64,000 nt of DNA from Phoronis australis (lineage: Eukaryota > Animalia > Phoronida). A program made the translations under genes and the position numbers. The stretch spans positions 663,169 to 727,168 of the forward strand of contig NMRA01000107.1 in NCBI GenBank assembly GCA_002633005.1, in the 5' to 3' direction. Below, piece by piece: positions 1-15,100 of the stretch (its first letter is position 1; the number at the start of each line of letters is the position of its first letter). A model generated the notes under the pieces. That model searched no databases, was not told the origin of the DNA, and saw only the letters and a program-made list of their open reading frames with translations.

Positions 1-128
1 AGGTGTCTCAAGCGTAATCTGAATGTCTTGGGTGGGGATGTCAAGCACATTTGGGTTAACCTGTCCGTCAAACTTGACAACACCACGGCAACCAGCAATG
101 TTGGGACAGAACTCAACCTTCAAAACAC
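1..128 (-). CDS. LanA: Laminin alpha exon 25 (truncated by window edge)
   Basis: tttcag|..[17 protein letters not shown]...; frame open to position 1. Confidence 0.88.
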
Positions 129-3100
129 CTGAAAAGAGTGAATAAAAAGTTTAACCTGAAGGGAGATGATTTTTGGATATTTTAGTGCAGAATGAGACAG
201 TGTGTAAATAAATCTCTTTACGTACAACGCGGTATACAGTTTTTGCACAAAATGGTGAAATGTGTAATAGAATCGCTTTAGTTACATGCAATACACATTC
301 AGCACAAAAAAATTAAGACAGTGCTGTAAGTCTAACAATCAGAACACCTAGAAGTTAGAAACCACGCTTTCAAACTCTCTGGTGTACTGTTATCCCACAT
401 ACCAAGTAATTTTTAGAAGCAAGTAAATTTTTGCCAATGGCTCCCATCAATTCCACCATGACCCCAGCATAAAGACGGTGCAATGTTATTGCAATAATAT
501 AACAAGTCATACCTTTGTAGACTTTGCCATCAACGACGACCTCAACATTGACATCAAAACTAGTCATGTTAGGATTGTAGTACTGTACAGTAAATACGTA
601 AGGCTTGTTGGCTTCACTTATATGCACATCAACAGTGACTCGCGGCTGCAAATAGGAAAAACATTCAGTAAGTGATTATGGACTGGAAACTGCAGAATAT
701 CAAGTTAGAGAGCACTATATAGCACTAGGCAACACTGGGCAGCACTACATTGCACTAGACATAATTAGACAGCACTAGACACTAAGCAGAATGCACTCCT
801 TCCTTACCTGGACCTTGTCCAATCTAACTAGGCCCACATTCACATCAATGCCGCCTGGCAGAGGTTCCTTCCTGATCTCATTAGGACCAACCTCAAACTC
901 AGTCTTCAACGTGCCCACAGGTGTTGGGTAGGATGTCTCAATGCATCTAAAAGAATACACCAGTAAAAGAATAGTACAGTCTCCATGCTTCAAACAACAT
1001 GTCCACTGAGAATGGCTTTGAACTCATTTAACATGTTTTCTATCTGACATAATATTAGTTTCAACATTTTACTACCTTCATAAATCAGAGGGTCTGGAAA
1101 AACTGAAACTTTACCTAACCATCTGGCAGAACATTTTAAGACTCCTATGAAGTCAACACACATAACTACTACAGCTCCATTTTAAGACACCTATGAAAAC
1201 AACACACATAACTACTCCATTTTAAGACACCTATGAAAACAACACACATAACTACTCCATTTTAAGACACCTACGAAAACAACACACATAACTACTACTC
1301 CTTTAAGACACCTATGAAGACAACACACTACTCCATTTTCTGTTATATCTTACTTCCCATCCCGACGGATACACTTTGGTCGAGGCTTCAGGAAATCAAT
1401 TGTGAAATCTGCTACAGGAATTGCTGTTATTGACTCCTAGAATTACAATCATGGCACATAAATTACTTATTTCATAGAAAAAGCAACTGAATGTTTAACA
1501 TTGTTTTTTTTTTTGCTAGAAAATAAGCAACAAGTACTCATCTCAAATTCTATTCATGAAAAGGAGAGAATGTTGAGTGAATACATTGAGTGAATGTTGT
1601 GTGAATGCATTGATCGTCCTCATGCAAAACACAGCTCTTCACTCAATGTAGGAATACTAGCATTAAGGAATACACAAAAACTAACAGACGAGCTAAGCAA
1701 CAAATCCAACTAGTAATTCCTGCACACTAGCATAAGTTAATAATAAAATCCAACAAGTGAAAAAGGTTTCAAGATTAGGCTGAACAAGCAGAACTTACAA
1801 TCTGCACATTAGTTTGAGAGTCTCCCTTCAAAGTGATGCGGATGTACCGACCAGTGCTGTCAACTTCCAACGGAATACTGGAGCCATCGGTCACAATCTG
1901 ACGGCATAAATAGCTGAAACCACAACAAGTGAACGGCATTACACAATAAGCTTTCTGTCATTTAAGGGGACATTTCACTGATACTTATGGCCTAAAAGTA
2001 AAAATACGCTGAAAAAATCAACAAACTGATTTCAAAATAAAGCCTAGAGTGATACCAATTTGTTTCTACTATAAAATGAATGATTAAGAGAACATCCTCA
2101 AATGTTATGAAGAAACCAAAATTGGGAGTGGGGTAGAGACCCCTGTAGAAACTAACAGCTTTCTGACACACTGTTTCCTTACAGTCACAGAGGGTGGGGG
2201 AGTCATTTGTGACTCAAAACCGCATGCTTTGACTAGGAAAAACCCGTTCTAAATCAACTAAGGTCATGAAAGAGGTGATTGTTGTCATGTTACCAAACCA
2301 CTTCATCAAAAAAACACCGCCCTTGGCACATTTGAGTGTTTTAAAAAAATGCTAAAAGTGACACGCAGGCATGGTTTCAAAGTAAGTCTAGTGCAGACGA
2401 GAACTATTGTGGTATCTTCGTTGACCTAATGAGTAAGAAGGAACTGTCCTGTTCACCAGACTAACTCACCAAGTTTCACTGTTACAAGATCACAACTGAA
2501 CCTTTATTATGCTTTAAAGAAGTTCTACCATTGGAACTACTCAGCATGGTAGTTAGCAAGGAAAGGTTCAAATTATAATCTGAGACGATGCATGACTGTG
2601 CTGAACGTACAAATCAAATGTCTTGAGTAAATGACAATGCAATCCCAAACTATGTATGTATACTATAAAATGATCCCTTCCCAAATTCAGAGTAAGATTG
2701 CATGTCAAAAGCAATCATTTCCAAGATCATCCAAGCATAAGCATTTGTCTATTCTTTACATTTTTCAAAACGCAATGAAATTGTATAAATGAGTCAGTGG
2801 AACGCAACTAAAGCAAACACAACAACAATTCACTTCCCAAAACCAACACCAAAGCCTGTCAGTTAATCTAAACAACAACCAAATACCTGGAAAGTCTCCC
2901 TGGGAGGCAGAAGGCATAAGATCATGCATACAACATCACAAACATTTTAAGTCTGGTCTGCATGCCACCTGTTGGCCACATCAGGCCATATAATGTGGCC
3001 AACAGGTGGCGTGCAGACCAGATTTAAAATATTTGTGACCCATATTTCCCTGCTGGTTCAAAATTTACAAATTTGTATGCTTACAACATGTAATGAATAC

Positions 3101-6100
3101 AGAGACACCTGTTAGAGCATATACACCACTTTTTGGTGATTTTGCACATTTTTAAAATGGATTACTAACCTAAACATTTTCAACTCCTAAACTATAATGA
3201 ACACATAACATCTTGTGATCGTAGCAACATTAAATAGGACAAAAATCACCACTACTGCTCATCTGTCTCTGGTATTACAACAAAATAGTTGTAAAATACC
3301 TCTGACACACAGAAACTAATACCATGATAACAATTGTGTGAATCGCATCAACAGACATGTAGGTATGTACCAGCTAGTCAACTATCTCTCAAATAAGTAT
3401 TTACAGAGCTCTTAAAGAATCAAATACAAGGGATCTATCACATTTTCTTCCTAACATCTATCATTATATATAGAGTACATTAAAATCAGTGACTTGTGAC
3501 TGACTAAACAGAGACACCCATAACACTGCCGCCAAAGACCGAACTTTGTGGTTGGTTCCAAAAACAGTTTTGGAGGCAGCTCAATGAAGACAGTCAAACT
3601 GTTTTAATTGAAAGGTGGAAGATCATACAGTGCCCTTCAACCAACTGTGACACGTAATGTGAGTGTCCAGCACCATCTTCAAATTACACCTGTAATTCAC
3701 CTACCTGTATTGACACTCTTGTAATACCAGGTCTCCTTTATAGTTCCTGTCTTGTGTACCTATATCCACATCCAAAGTCTGGGTCCTGGGCAGCTGATTG
3801 AAGTAATTGGCCAATAGGATGTACTTGCCAGGGGGTAGACGAAGATCAAAGTAGACAGTATCCTAAGACGAGAAAGACTCACTGTTCACGAACGTAACAA
3901 AAGCATGATGAAACAACTTCACTTTTTCATTCTAAGTTACAATCAAAATGCGGTTTACTCATGTAAATTTAATATCTAACGAGTGTCTTTTAACTGGCAG
4001 CCGGTGTAAACAAAATTTTGTTTGCATTCCATTGACACAGCACATACTGTTCACAAATAACTGGTGACAGATTGTCTACAAACTGCAATTAAAATGTCAT
4101 ATTCTTCCGAGATTTACATGGTGAAGTTTTCACCACGAGAGAACATAGTGACAGGGTCATACCTGCGTGCCATCAATGGTGACTAAGTCTGGGTCACCCA
4201 GTGCCTTCAACACATCCCGGTTCTTGTACAGGTCTGGATTTGCCCTATTGCCGCCTTGGATCACGTAACTGACATCGGCACGCACCGTCGGGTAAACTGA
4301 GATATCGGCCAACACATGATGGATGCAGCTAGAAGTGAAGTGGCAACTAGGTCAACAGTAAGTAGGTCAACGGTGAGAAGGCTGGACAAATGAAAGGTTA
4401 TTCATTTGATGCGTTCGATCCATTATGGGATATTTTCATTTAAAAAAATCTTGGACAGGCGGAATAATTACTCTACAACCACGACCAGTCAGTTGAAGGA
4501 CAATAAAATAATGGTGTGCTTTAACTTTTGATACATCAATTTCAAAGTTAATCAACAAAATATGAGCCACCGAAGTATATAAGAGAAAAAATTAAAATAT
4601 CTATCAATTACAAAAGCACTTCACCAATTCTAGCCATCCTCCAACACCTTGGTCATAACATGTCAGAAGCAGGGACTTACATCTGTTTGTTGGGGTATAC
4701 AGAGCAGGGAATGTCCACATCCTCCTGCAGAATAGTGGCTTCATAGTAGGCTTGAGGTAACAACACCACGTAATCCTAGAATGAAAAGAAACATCTTTGC
4801 TGAAACTGCCACCAATGTTCAAATAATAAATGCTGCGTAATTCTGATTTACTCCTCATTTTACTATCAGCAGACGGACAAGCCAAAACCTGTTCAATAGA
4901 GCACACCCCCTTAAAGTGACAGCTCACTACTGAATGACAGTGCACACTCGATTCAATTCCAAAATGTCAGTTGTTAAGCAACCAGTACACAGATAATCAT
5001 TGTCACCGGGAACAAGTGTTTGCAATTAGAACTTATGAAGTTTCGATAAGTCTAAGAAATTAAACCAAACATATGATTATCTGAATGTCTCAAAAAACAA
5101 ATAAATGCTCTATAATGAATATAAAGGAAGTTAATGTCATTTAATAAAATTATTTTTTATTTCTGTTACAAATTTACTACAATCACTTCAAACGATCTTG
5201 TTTAAAATATTGCAGTGTACTTACAATGTGAACTGATAAGAATTGTTGTTGCTCAAGGTTATCACGCTAACATTAAGTCTCGTCGGATGCAATCTTGAAT
5301 TGCTAGATGAACTAGCTATTGAATAATCACATATGCTCGCTCGCTCGCTCAAAGTTGTTTCAGAAGCGAGCACTTACAGCACTTGCAAGTAGCTGCCTTA
5401 TTGAGTAGGATTCAAATGTAAAGACAAGAGACCAAATTAAGTCAAAAAAGATTTATCAACATACAATATTGTATTTTTGACTTATTTCTAGAAATTTGAA
5501 CACAGTTGATATATTAAAACAAAACTGTCACACAACACCCACATTGGTGTTATAAGCAGCCAGACTCTATACATACCACAAAGACTTTCTCATCAGTGCG
5601 CAACGATATCATCCACTTGCCGGGGTTCAGCACAAATGTGGACACACCGGCACCACCGGACACCGCAGCAAACATGGGGTCACGCGTTGGCTGAAACACA
5701 ACTGTGCTGGTCTGCTCTACATCCGTGGACGTTTCTGGTTTGACCTTGACCTCAGCCGTGACTGCGGCTGGGTTCTGATTTACGTAGCGGTAGATCAGAC
5801 GGAACAGACTGGGCTTGGAGATGTCAACATCGACAATAACCTCAGGCTGAAAACATGAAGGACTATACAGATTGCTGGTCTTGTAGGTATATATGTAATA
5901 ATGTCTGTGCATTTTAAACATCTCAACTTGATAATTCTTGCAATAGTGTACTCCATAAAAACTCCCATCACAACCAAGACTTCAGCTCAATTAAAACAAT
6001 CTGACACAACATGGAAAAAGTACACGACTCAATGATTTACTGATTTCATCAGAAAATAAGAATCAAAAAAATCTCATGAACACCATTCAGTAAACGTAAG

Positions 6101-9100
6101 CGTAAATCTGAATAACTTCATTCATGTCAAACTCTCAAGCACAGCACAATTCCACCGGGTATTTCAGGAAATTTTTAGCCTAATCAAAAATAACAAAACC
6201 CAAAACAAGGTAAAACTAGCAGTGCACCTGAATCCTTGAGAAGACAGCGAACCCTTTCCAGGAGAACCCGGGGAAGTATGACTCATCAAAGCCATATCGC
6301 ACACGTGTACCCTGGGGAGTATGTCCATCCTCTAGTTCATACTTGTGTTGGAACAGTGTGGGGAAGTAATGGTTCAGAATAGGCCTGCAATAGACAAGCA
6401 AGGTTTACAGTGTCTCAGAAAAGAATGAAATGGATGAGAAAACAAATAACTGACAGGGAATAAAAAAACACAAAGCAGTCATGCTCCACGTCATACATAA
6501 ACTATAACTTAAGACTAAGGTAGCATACCAAAATAAATATGGTATACAATTGTACTTGATCATATAGACAGATTGCATCGAAATAACATTGGAGTGCATC
6601 ATTGATAGTTCGGGATGTGCTGTTCATAAGCTGAGGCCAGGTTTTTCAATGATGTTACCAAACTTATGATCAAGAACAAAGAGGTCACAATGCGAATCCT
6701 TCTTGAGGCACAACTGCACAATACATATGTCAAAATGAGACATCTAAATCATCCCTTTAATCAATCTGTAACTGCGCCATTCATGTAACATTATGCCAAT
6801 ACATAAAGCACAATGTGTATCCACTGGTTCAGTGACCACTGGCTCCCCCTACCTGTCACAGCCTACACCAGTGATGCGTGGCCTACATCGACACTGCCCT
6901 GTCTGCTTGTCACATGTGGCACTGACAGAACCACCAACATTACAATTACAGTCTACAATGAGGATATAAATATGTATTATACAAACAGGAAGTTTGTGTT
7001 TGGTGCAAAACACAATCCTATGTGTGTCCTGGAAGCATGCAGTGGTTACAGATAATTAGATACAAATTAAGTCTAAGAGAGCAGCAGCTATTACTTTACA
7101 ATGTGCTTGGTGTGGTATTACACTACTGAAATGGTTGGCAAAAGAACATTGCATACTAGTTAACTCATTGCTTCATTACAACTGTCTACCAGATAATTGT
7201 CAAATCATCAAAAAATTCCCTTGTTAAAAAAGAAACAGTTTAAGCCATAGTCAAGGAACATAAATTCTGTTACACATATGATAAAAAACTCACCTTGACA
7301 ACCAAAGACATTATCACCACTCAGCCTAAATGTTCCATCGACACATTCATCACAGCGACGACCTTCGACCTTGGGCTTGCACTGACATTGGCCACTGGCA
7401 GGGTTACAGACAAGGTCACCAGCCAGCACCCCAGCAGGGTCGCAGTTACACTCTAAAAACCATTAACGTAATCTTTACAGGAGATACCAAGTAAGCTTGT
7501 TTATATTAGAAGTATCATAGCTAAATTGCCCTAGATTGCCCGATTTGTTTTAATAAGTATTTAATCCTGTCCTTGAGTAAATAAATGAAAACCAATGACA
7601 AACAATAGTGAGAAGACTAGTAAAAAGATTGTTTCCTTAGACAGCAAAATTACGAGAAAATAAGGTATACGACTATCAAAACTGCAGAGATGTTCTTCAG
7701 GGTTCCATGAATGCAATGTTCAATGTTACCCCAAAAAACACCATGTACACACATTCACAGGCAACAGAAACTGATGAACTCTCACCATCACAACCAAGGG
7801 GGTTGTTACGGTCCAAGTTGAAATATCCCTTCTTACAAACGTCACAGATATGTCCCTCCACACGCTCTTTACACATACAGAGTGTGCCGTCCGAGTGGCT
7901 GCCACATCCACCCAGCTTATAGCCTGGGATCTCCTTGGCCCCGGCTGGGTTACAGTTGCATTCTGGGTGAGAAGAGAGAGACACTGGTAACATTTTCATA
8001 ACATGGCATTCATCAATCACTTCCAATGCTCGTTATCACATTCTGACAACATGTTAATTAGTTGAACATTTTAAAATGACCAAAGTTGTGTGTAAATGCA
8101 TCACACAAAAGCTGCGATGCCTTGTCTTAGGTTTGCACTATTTGAGCTACATAAAAGTTGCAGACATTTTTAACCAAAATTTTGCACAAACTGTGTTGGG
8201 TATTCATAAACCAAGGCACAAAGTGAGAATAGAGTCAATTTACATTTCTTATTACAGTGCGTTTGTATGACAGATCTCTGCATGCAACTTATACGAAATA
8301 AAAAGATTTTAAACAGATACTTGGGGAATTCTAGTTCAACATGGTTATTGAATAATCCTGACTGATACGAATTTGTGACCAAACCTTCACAGACAGGATA
8401 GTTGTAGAAATCTTCAGCACACTTGTTACACTTAGGCCCTTGGAAATTGGGGAAGCAGACGCATTGTCCTGTCTGTTGGTTACAAGTGACGCCTCGCGAT
8501 CCAAACGTGTCACAGTTGCAGGCTATAAGGAAGAAACGAGTGTTGATAAGCTGGCACGATGGCTTCTGTTAACACCAGCGACAGTATTGGCATTAGGACA
8601 GAGGTCAATTTGAAAACTGATTTCTTGAAAATAAGTAACAGCACTTAAAGATATCCCCGAACAGAGAAAACCCTTGCGACACATTTTGTTGCGAGCAAAG
8701 CTAACACAGAGTTGAGTACATATTAGATCAAAACAGGTAGAGCCTGATACATATCCCACTTTTTAATCATACTAACATTAACATCTCTTGAACACTTTCT
8801 CTTATGACTTATTTCTTTCAGTTGAAACTCATACAAAAAATAGGTCTCCATACAAACAACAGGTCCAGAATACATATTCACTTACGCAAACAATCTGGAT
8901 ATCTGTAATGGCCGGGGGCACATCGATCACAGAGAGTTCCACCAAAGCTAGGTAAACAGACACACTGGCCATTCTGTTGACAGTTGTTATCACGTGACCC
9001 CGGAGAACTGCATTCACAGGCTATTGAAAAAAAAAATTATCCTTTCATGTGAATAGGATCTTGAGACTATATTTTAGTAAGGATGCGATCATGTAGCAAG

Positions 9101-12100
9101 TTTACCACACTGACCGCTATGTATAAGCATATTTCGTGTGCATTGTCCAATTATTTCACAACTATTTTGGGGCACATGTTTGTTTCAGTAGCACGTACAA
9201 ATGAAAACTACATAAAATTTTGGCTTGCTCGAAATACATAACACAAGACCAAAACTAACTCCTCCAGTTCCTATAAGGGTACTATGACCAGGAAGGGGCT
9301 CCAATTTGACATTTTGTAGCAGATTTATCACTTCCATATTTGTTTCTGATTCACCTCACAGGCAAGAAGGTTTCTAAGGTCTCACAAATGTTGAATTTGC
9401 ACATTCTCAAATACATGGTACACCTCCACTAAAATGCAAATCTAGACCTTTACGAGATACTGACTGACCTAAAAATATTCAACACTTTCAATACAAACTG
9501 GGCGGACAAATAGTACACAAGCAAAAGTTTAATTGTGAACCTCAGAAACCATTAATATTGATCACATAATCCTGGGCGAGTCTGCTGGTAGCAGACGTTA
9601 CAGTGACGTTGACCTTTCATACCACACATTACTTACGTATACACGATGGATAGTTGTAGAAGCCAACAGAACAGCGATCACAGAGACCTCCAGCAAAGTT
9701 CGGTTTACATAGACATCGCCCAGTGAACTTGTCACAGACCTCAGGCACACTGCCAGTGGGATCACAGCCACAGTCTGAATAGAAATAGCAGACGATGAAG
9801 CAACCATATACACCTTCCCAACCATAATGTTCATTTTTTTAGAAGGATAGTAAGATTGTGTGTGAATGAATGTGACCAGGGGTCTGCAGAAACCAGTGAG
9901 TCATCAATTCGCAGTAGAAGGAGCCAGGTGGCTCCACAACATTGGAAAAACTATTGTCAGAAGTTGTGATTTACAGTTTTTCCACATATGGAAACTACTA
10001 TCTTCCATGGATAGAATCAGATGGAGAGCAAACTTCCACCACAACTCCCCTCTCAAACACAAAAGTTTCAACAAGCTGATACATTGTAAAAGCATGACTT
10101 CCATTAGAGTTATTGCTTGATCAAGTTGAACATGAACATGCTATGATAAACTAGTCCACAGTTTCATCCACCACCTAAATATTTAATTAGGTATAGCAAA
10201 CAATCCAAGTCATAGGCATATCAGTAGATGAGAGAGCAAAACTTGTTAAAACCAGTATTTTTCGAAAAAAAATTGACAAGATTGTTAAAAGGTTACAAAG
10301 GGGCCATTCCCAAAATATTCCGCTACATACGTTCAAGTGTGGAGCACATTTTGAAGCGACTATGAACCCGCTTTTCGTCACAAAACCCAACTTTTCATTT
10401 AGACCACTTACCGTTAAAACGGATGTGAATCATGGCTTCAATAGAACTAACTGGCAATTTGTTATTGCTTGAGACTAGGCACTACAAGCTAGCCTGTCAC
10501 AGCGGGTCATTCTTTGTGTTAAGCATGGTCTCTAGCAGTTGCAAACAGTTAGATCTTTACAACACTAAAGAACACTTCCCATCCTAGTTATCAATAAACC
10601 GAAACCAATTTTACAGCAGTAAGTGGTCTGAATCAAAAGTCAGTTTCTTCGACAGAGCATAGCTTTATAGCCTTTTAAAATGCAGATGTCTGTAAAAATT
10701 CATCAATTTGTACGGTTGGCCACATTTCACTAAGTTCATCAGGCCCGTATTTATACCGTTAGCATGTAACTGATAAAAAGACAAAACGAGTCCTAAAACC
10801 ACTCTAATGAAGCCTGGATACCATTAAATCAACAAGTTATTACTTACAACTGATTACCTCAGTATCATCTGACCAAGAGAGCAGAGTGTCATGAATAATA
10901 TGAAAGTTTTTGTGTTTGCAAAATACTGCAACATTCACATGCTGACGACATCAATTTATTATCAAGTGATGTTAATGAAATTTACTCTCTTCACACAAAT
11001 CAGTATTTTCATTGTCAGGCCGGTTTGTTTCCTCTACTTAATTCTCTACCACGCTAATGTACAACGCATCCCCAACTCGAAACCATGGACTCATGTATTG
11101 TATCAAAGCTGCACGCTATCAAACCCAACAATCACACTACATGTAAATAACTGCCATGTAGCTGAGAAATCTTAGACTAACACATAAGATAGCAACAACA
11201 GGGTGAGTCGGTCAGTCGGTAGGCAGCTTGTGCAATGTCTACTTACAATCACAGTTGGGATACGAGTAGTGTCCATCTTCACACTGGCTACAGTCGCGAC
11301 CTCCAAAGTTGGTACCACACGTACACTGACCATTGACGGGGTCACATACTGATGAAAACGCACCAACACTGTCGCAGGCGCAAGCTGAAATAATATGAAT
11401 CTTAATACAAGACACTGTCGCAGGCGCAAGCTGAAATAATATGAATCTTAATACAAGACACGCACACGCATTAATGACCTTTCTAAACTTTTCTCAGCAT
11501 AAGACAAATTGATATTAGTATCCATTCCTAAACAACATTGTAGTTCATCATAATTATCCACAAACAGGCAACATTTTAGTCAATTACTCCTTGGTATCAA
11601 TACATATACATCTAAACCAAGTACATGTAATCAACAGTTATCACCTGATGGTGATAAGCACATCAGTTTCAATGGCGAAGCGTATTTACCAAAGGAATCA
11701 GAGAGAGTTGACACAGCAAAAACACTTACGCGTGCACTCTGGGAAGTTGTATCGTCCAGGCTCACAGCGGTCACAGTTGAGTCCACCAAAGCCAGGCTTA
11801 CATGGACACTGACCACCGCCCACCTGACAGACACCACCTAGTGTACCGTTGTAGTTACAGTCACATGGTCGACAATCGGGATAGCCATAGAAACCAACAT
11901 TGCACCTAAAAGGATGCGACAGTTAAAAGGTGAGTATGTACCAGGTAAGGTAATGTAGGACCACACACATACTGACACAAAACATTTGGGACCAAATGTA
12001 TTTTCATAACGATTCTGAATGCTAAATGACTGAATGATGTCAGCCAGGCTACATGAACGACACAGCTGCTGTACTCATTAATATAGTTCCTTCACTTATA

Positions 12101-15100
12101 AACATGCCTCACACACCACATAAATCAAGTTCAAACTCACAAACACAGGTCACCAGACACCAAATGCAGTTCATCAACCACAAAACATGGCATGAGACCC
12201 CCAAAACATGACTAACTCGGAATCAGTGACCCACGTTTGTCAGTCCATGAAGTGAGTGAAGAGATAATGGTTGTAAGTCAGGAGGCATTTTTATTGTGTA
12301 GCCTATTAACGAAGCAATGGAAAATGCTAAAATATGGCAGGCAGAGGAAAAACCAAAACTAGGACAAGGACAGGCCATTCATTTTTGTGATAATGGTTAG
12401 GACAAATTATAAAGTGGCTATGATTGCAGTTTTCACTGGAATTTGTGGACGTCCACCAGAGATACAGGTAAATAATAGCTTCATTGGAACAAGTCACAAC
12501 TTCCCAACCTGTAGATACGAAAAAATAACGGAGACGACAATCCAAAGTCAGGGATTAGAAACATAACTCACTGGTCACAGTTTGGTCCAGCATACTCGGG
12601 CTGACACTGACATTGACCAGTCTCATCCTCACAATCACCGGTGGAGAAGTTGATATCACATTGGCATTCTGAAATAAACAGGACTGCAATATGACAACAC
12701 TGATATCACATTGATAAGCCAAAGTGAACAAGATAACAACTACTGATATGACATTGGCAAGTCGAAATTAACAGGATTACAATATCACAATAACCACTGA
12801 TATCACACTGGCAAGCAGAAACAAACAGAATTACGATATCGCATAAACCAATGATATCAGGAAGGGCAATCTGAAAAGAGGATCATACAGAGAAACATTA
12901 ATGAAATATAACACCAGAATGTAGAATACTGTACAGCAACAATGCCTGTCAGAGCAAATATCAGATAACTAAATGTTTCGCATACGGTAATGCAAGGATA
13001 AATTTTAGGACTGACATTAGTCTCCAGTAAATCTTTTTCTGAGCCATTGAATTAAAGCCACAAGTGACAACCAGTGAACTCTCTTTAATAACAGCACCTC
13101 CAAAAACAATCTCTTGGCACAAAACATTGCTGGAAATGCTCTGAAAAGAAAACTCGATGCATTTGCGAAAAGGCTGGGGATACCGTAATTTTGGTAATGG
13201 TGTTACTAAATATAATCTGCATTTTGTGCACATTCAGGGCCAACATCTAACACAGCTACTTGCACCTCCCTCCAGAAAAAGTTAATGATTCCAACAGAGT
13301 TCCAACTAAACCGTTGTGAAATAACAAGAGAAGAGTCAATGTTTGCAGTCAAAAGGGGGTGGGGGGAACAGAGCAGTCTGTGCACAACTCAAGCTTGGGA
13401 ATACTCCCAGGCTTCTAAATCTTCTTGTGAAAGAACGAATTTCTTTTACGGAATTCAGAGTTTGTTCTTTTGAGATTGATGTTCCGGCTGAAGAGCACCA
13501 ACATTTAGGAAGTTGTTCTAAAATTCCCAGTATACTGACCTTGACAAACATTGGGTGAGTCGAGAGCGACACCTCTGGGCCTGTAGTATCCAAACTTGCA
13601 CCTCTGACAGTTGATGCCTTCAGTGTTGTGCTGAAAGGAATTGATGAAATGTAGTTAGTCAATAGGCAAGCACGTTTTGTGAAAACAATTGTGTCTATCC
13701 AGGTACTATATCTGAGACACTTGCTTTGTAAACATTCTGAACACTGCGGTTTGCTGTAAAGAAACATTTTATCTTTTTTTTAAACTGGGAAAAGTTTAAT
13801 TTTTAGATGTGTGTCTTAAAATAGGCCTTATGTCCAGGTTCCACTTAGAATGAATTTTGACTTAAGTCTACAAACTGATTATAGAATGACATTATGAGCA
13901 TGGTGCATGACAGCAACGACGTTAATATTACACTGATAACAATAAGAATATTCAGTATTACCTGGCAGTTCTGACAGACTCCACCACCATCATAGTTACC
14001 ATGGATATCGAGACTCTCCCCCCTTTCATCTACACCTTCGTCATACAAACATTCAGTGGCATGTTTGAAGCAGTTACAAGCTGAAATATAGTAAAACTAG
14101 CGCTTATACACACCCCACTTTGACATGGAACACAGAATACAACCATGATACAAATATCTCTAGATTATGTTCACAAGGAACTGCTACTTCCGTTCACATG
14201 CATTGATGCAGGTCAAGCTGCACTGATGTTCACATGAGTGGTCACAGTCCTTGTAGAAGTAACTCACATTCACAGACTGATGCTGGTCATTGTAACCTGC
14301 ACTGAAGTTCACATGACTGAGATCAATTGCGATAACCTTAACTCCCGTTCACATGACTGATGTTAGGCACTGTAACTTGCACTGATGTTCAAATAACCAA
14401 GGTCGATTATAGTAACCTAAACTCCCGTTCACATGATTGATGATGGTCACTGTAACTTCACGTTCACAAGCACTGATGCTGGTTGTCGTAAACTTAACTC
14501 ACGTTCACACGCATTGATGCTGGTCATGGTAGCTTTCCTCCATTTCTTCTGGACAAATCCAGGGCAGCACCGTTCACACTGGTCTCCGCACGTGTTGTGC
14601 TTACAGTCACAAATCAGCTTGGCCTGGTTGAATGGGTCTCTCTTGTCACAGACATCTGCGTGTCCATTACAGACACAGCGACCACCGATGGAGATGTCTT
14701 TGATACTGTAGAAGTACTGAAGCAACACAATTAAAATACTCTGAAGGCATCTTAACACAGGAAGTCTTAGTCAAACAAAGATACCAATGAAACACCATAT
14801 CAGCAAAATGTAAATAACCTGTAATGATAAGAACTTCACAATTTTATGGAGGAATTTGTGCAAAGGCTTTCCAATCATTCCAGGACAAAAACAACCATAC
14901 TTAATTGTACAAATGAGATTCGAGTACTAGTCATAACAATGCAGTGACTTTCAAGTTTGCAGTGGCGTGCAAATTTTCTGACACCATCCCAAATGATCAT
15001 TAATCCAATCAAGTTCAGAAAATTCAAAATGCATTCACTGAAAGGTAACTGGAATCACCCACATATCAAACACTAGCAACCGAGGTCACAGTTACAAAAC

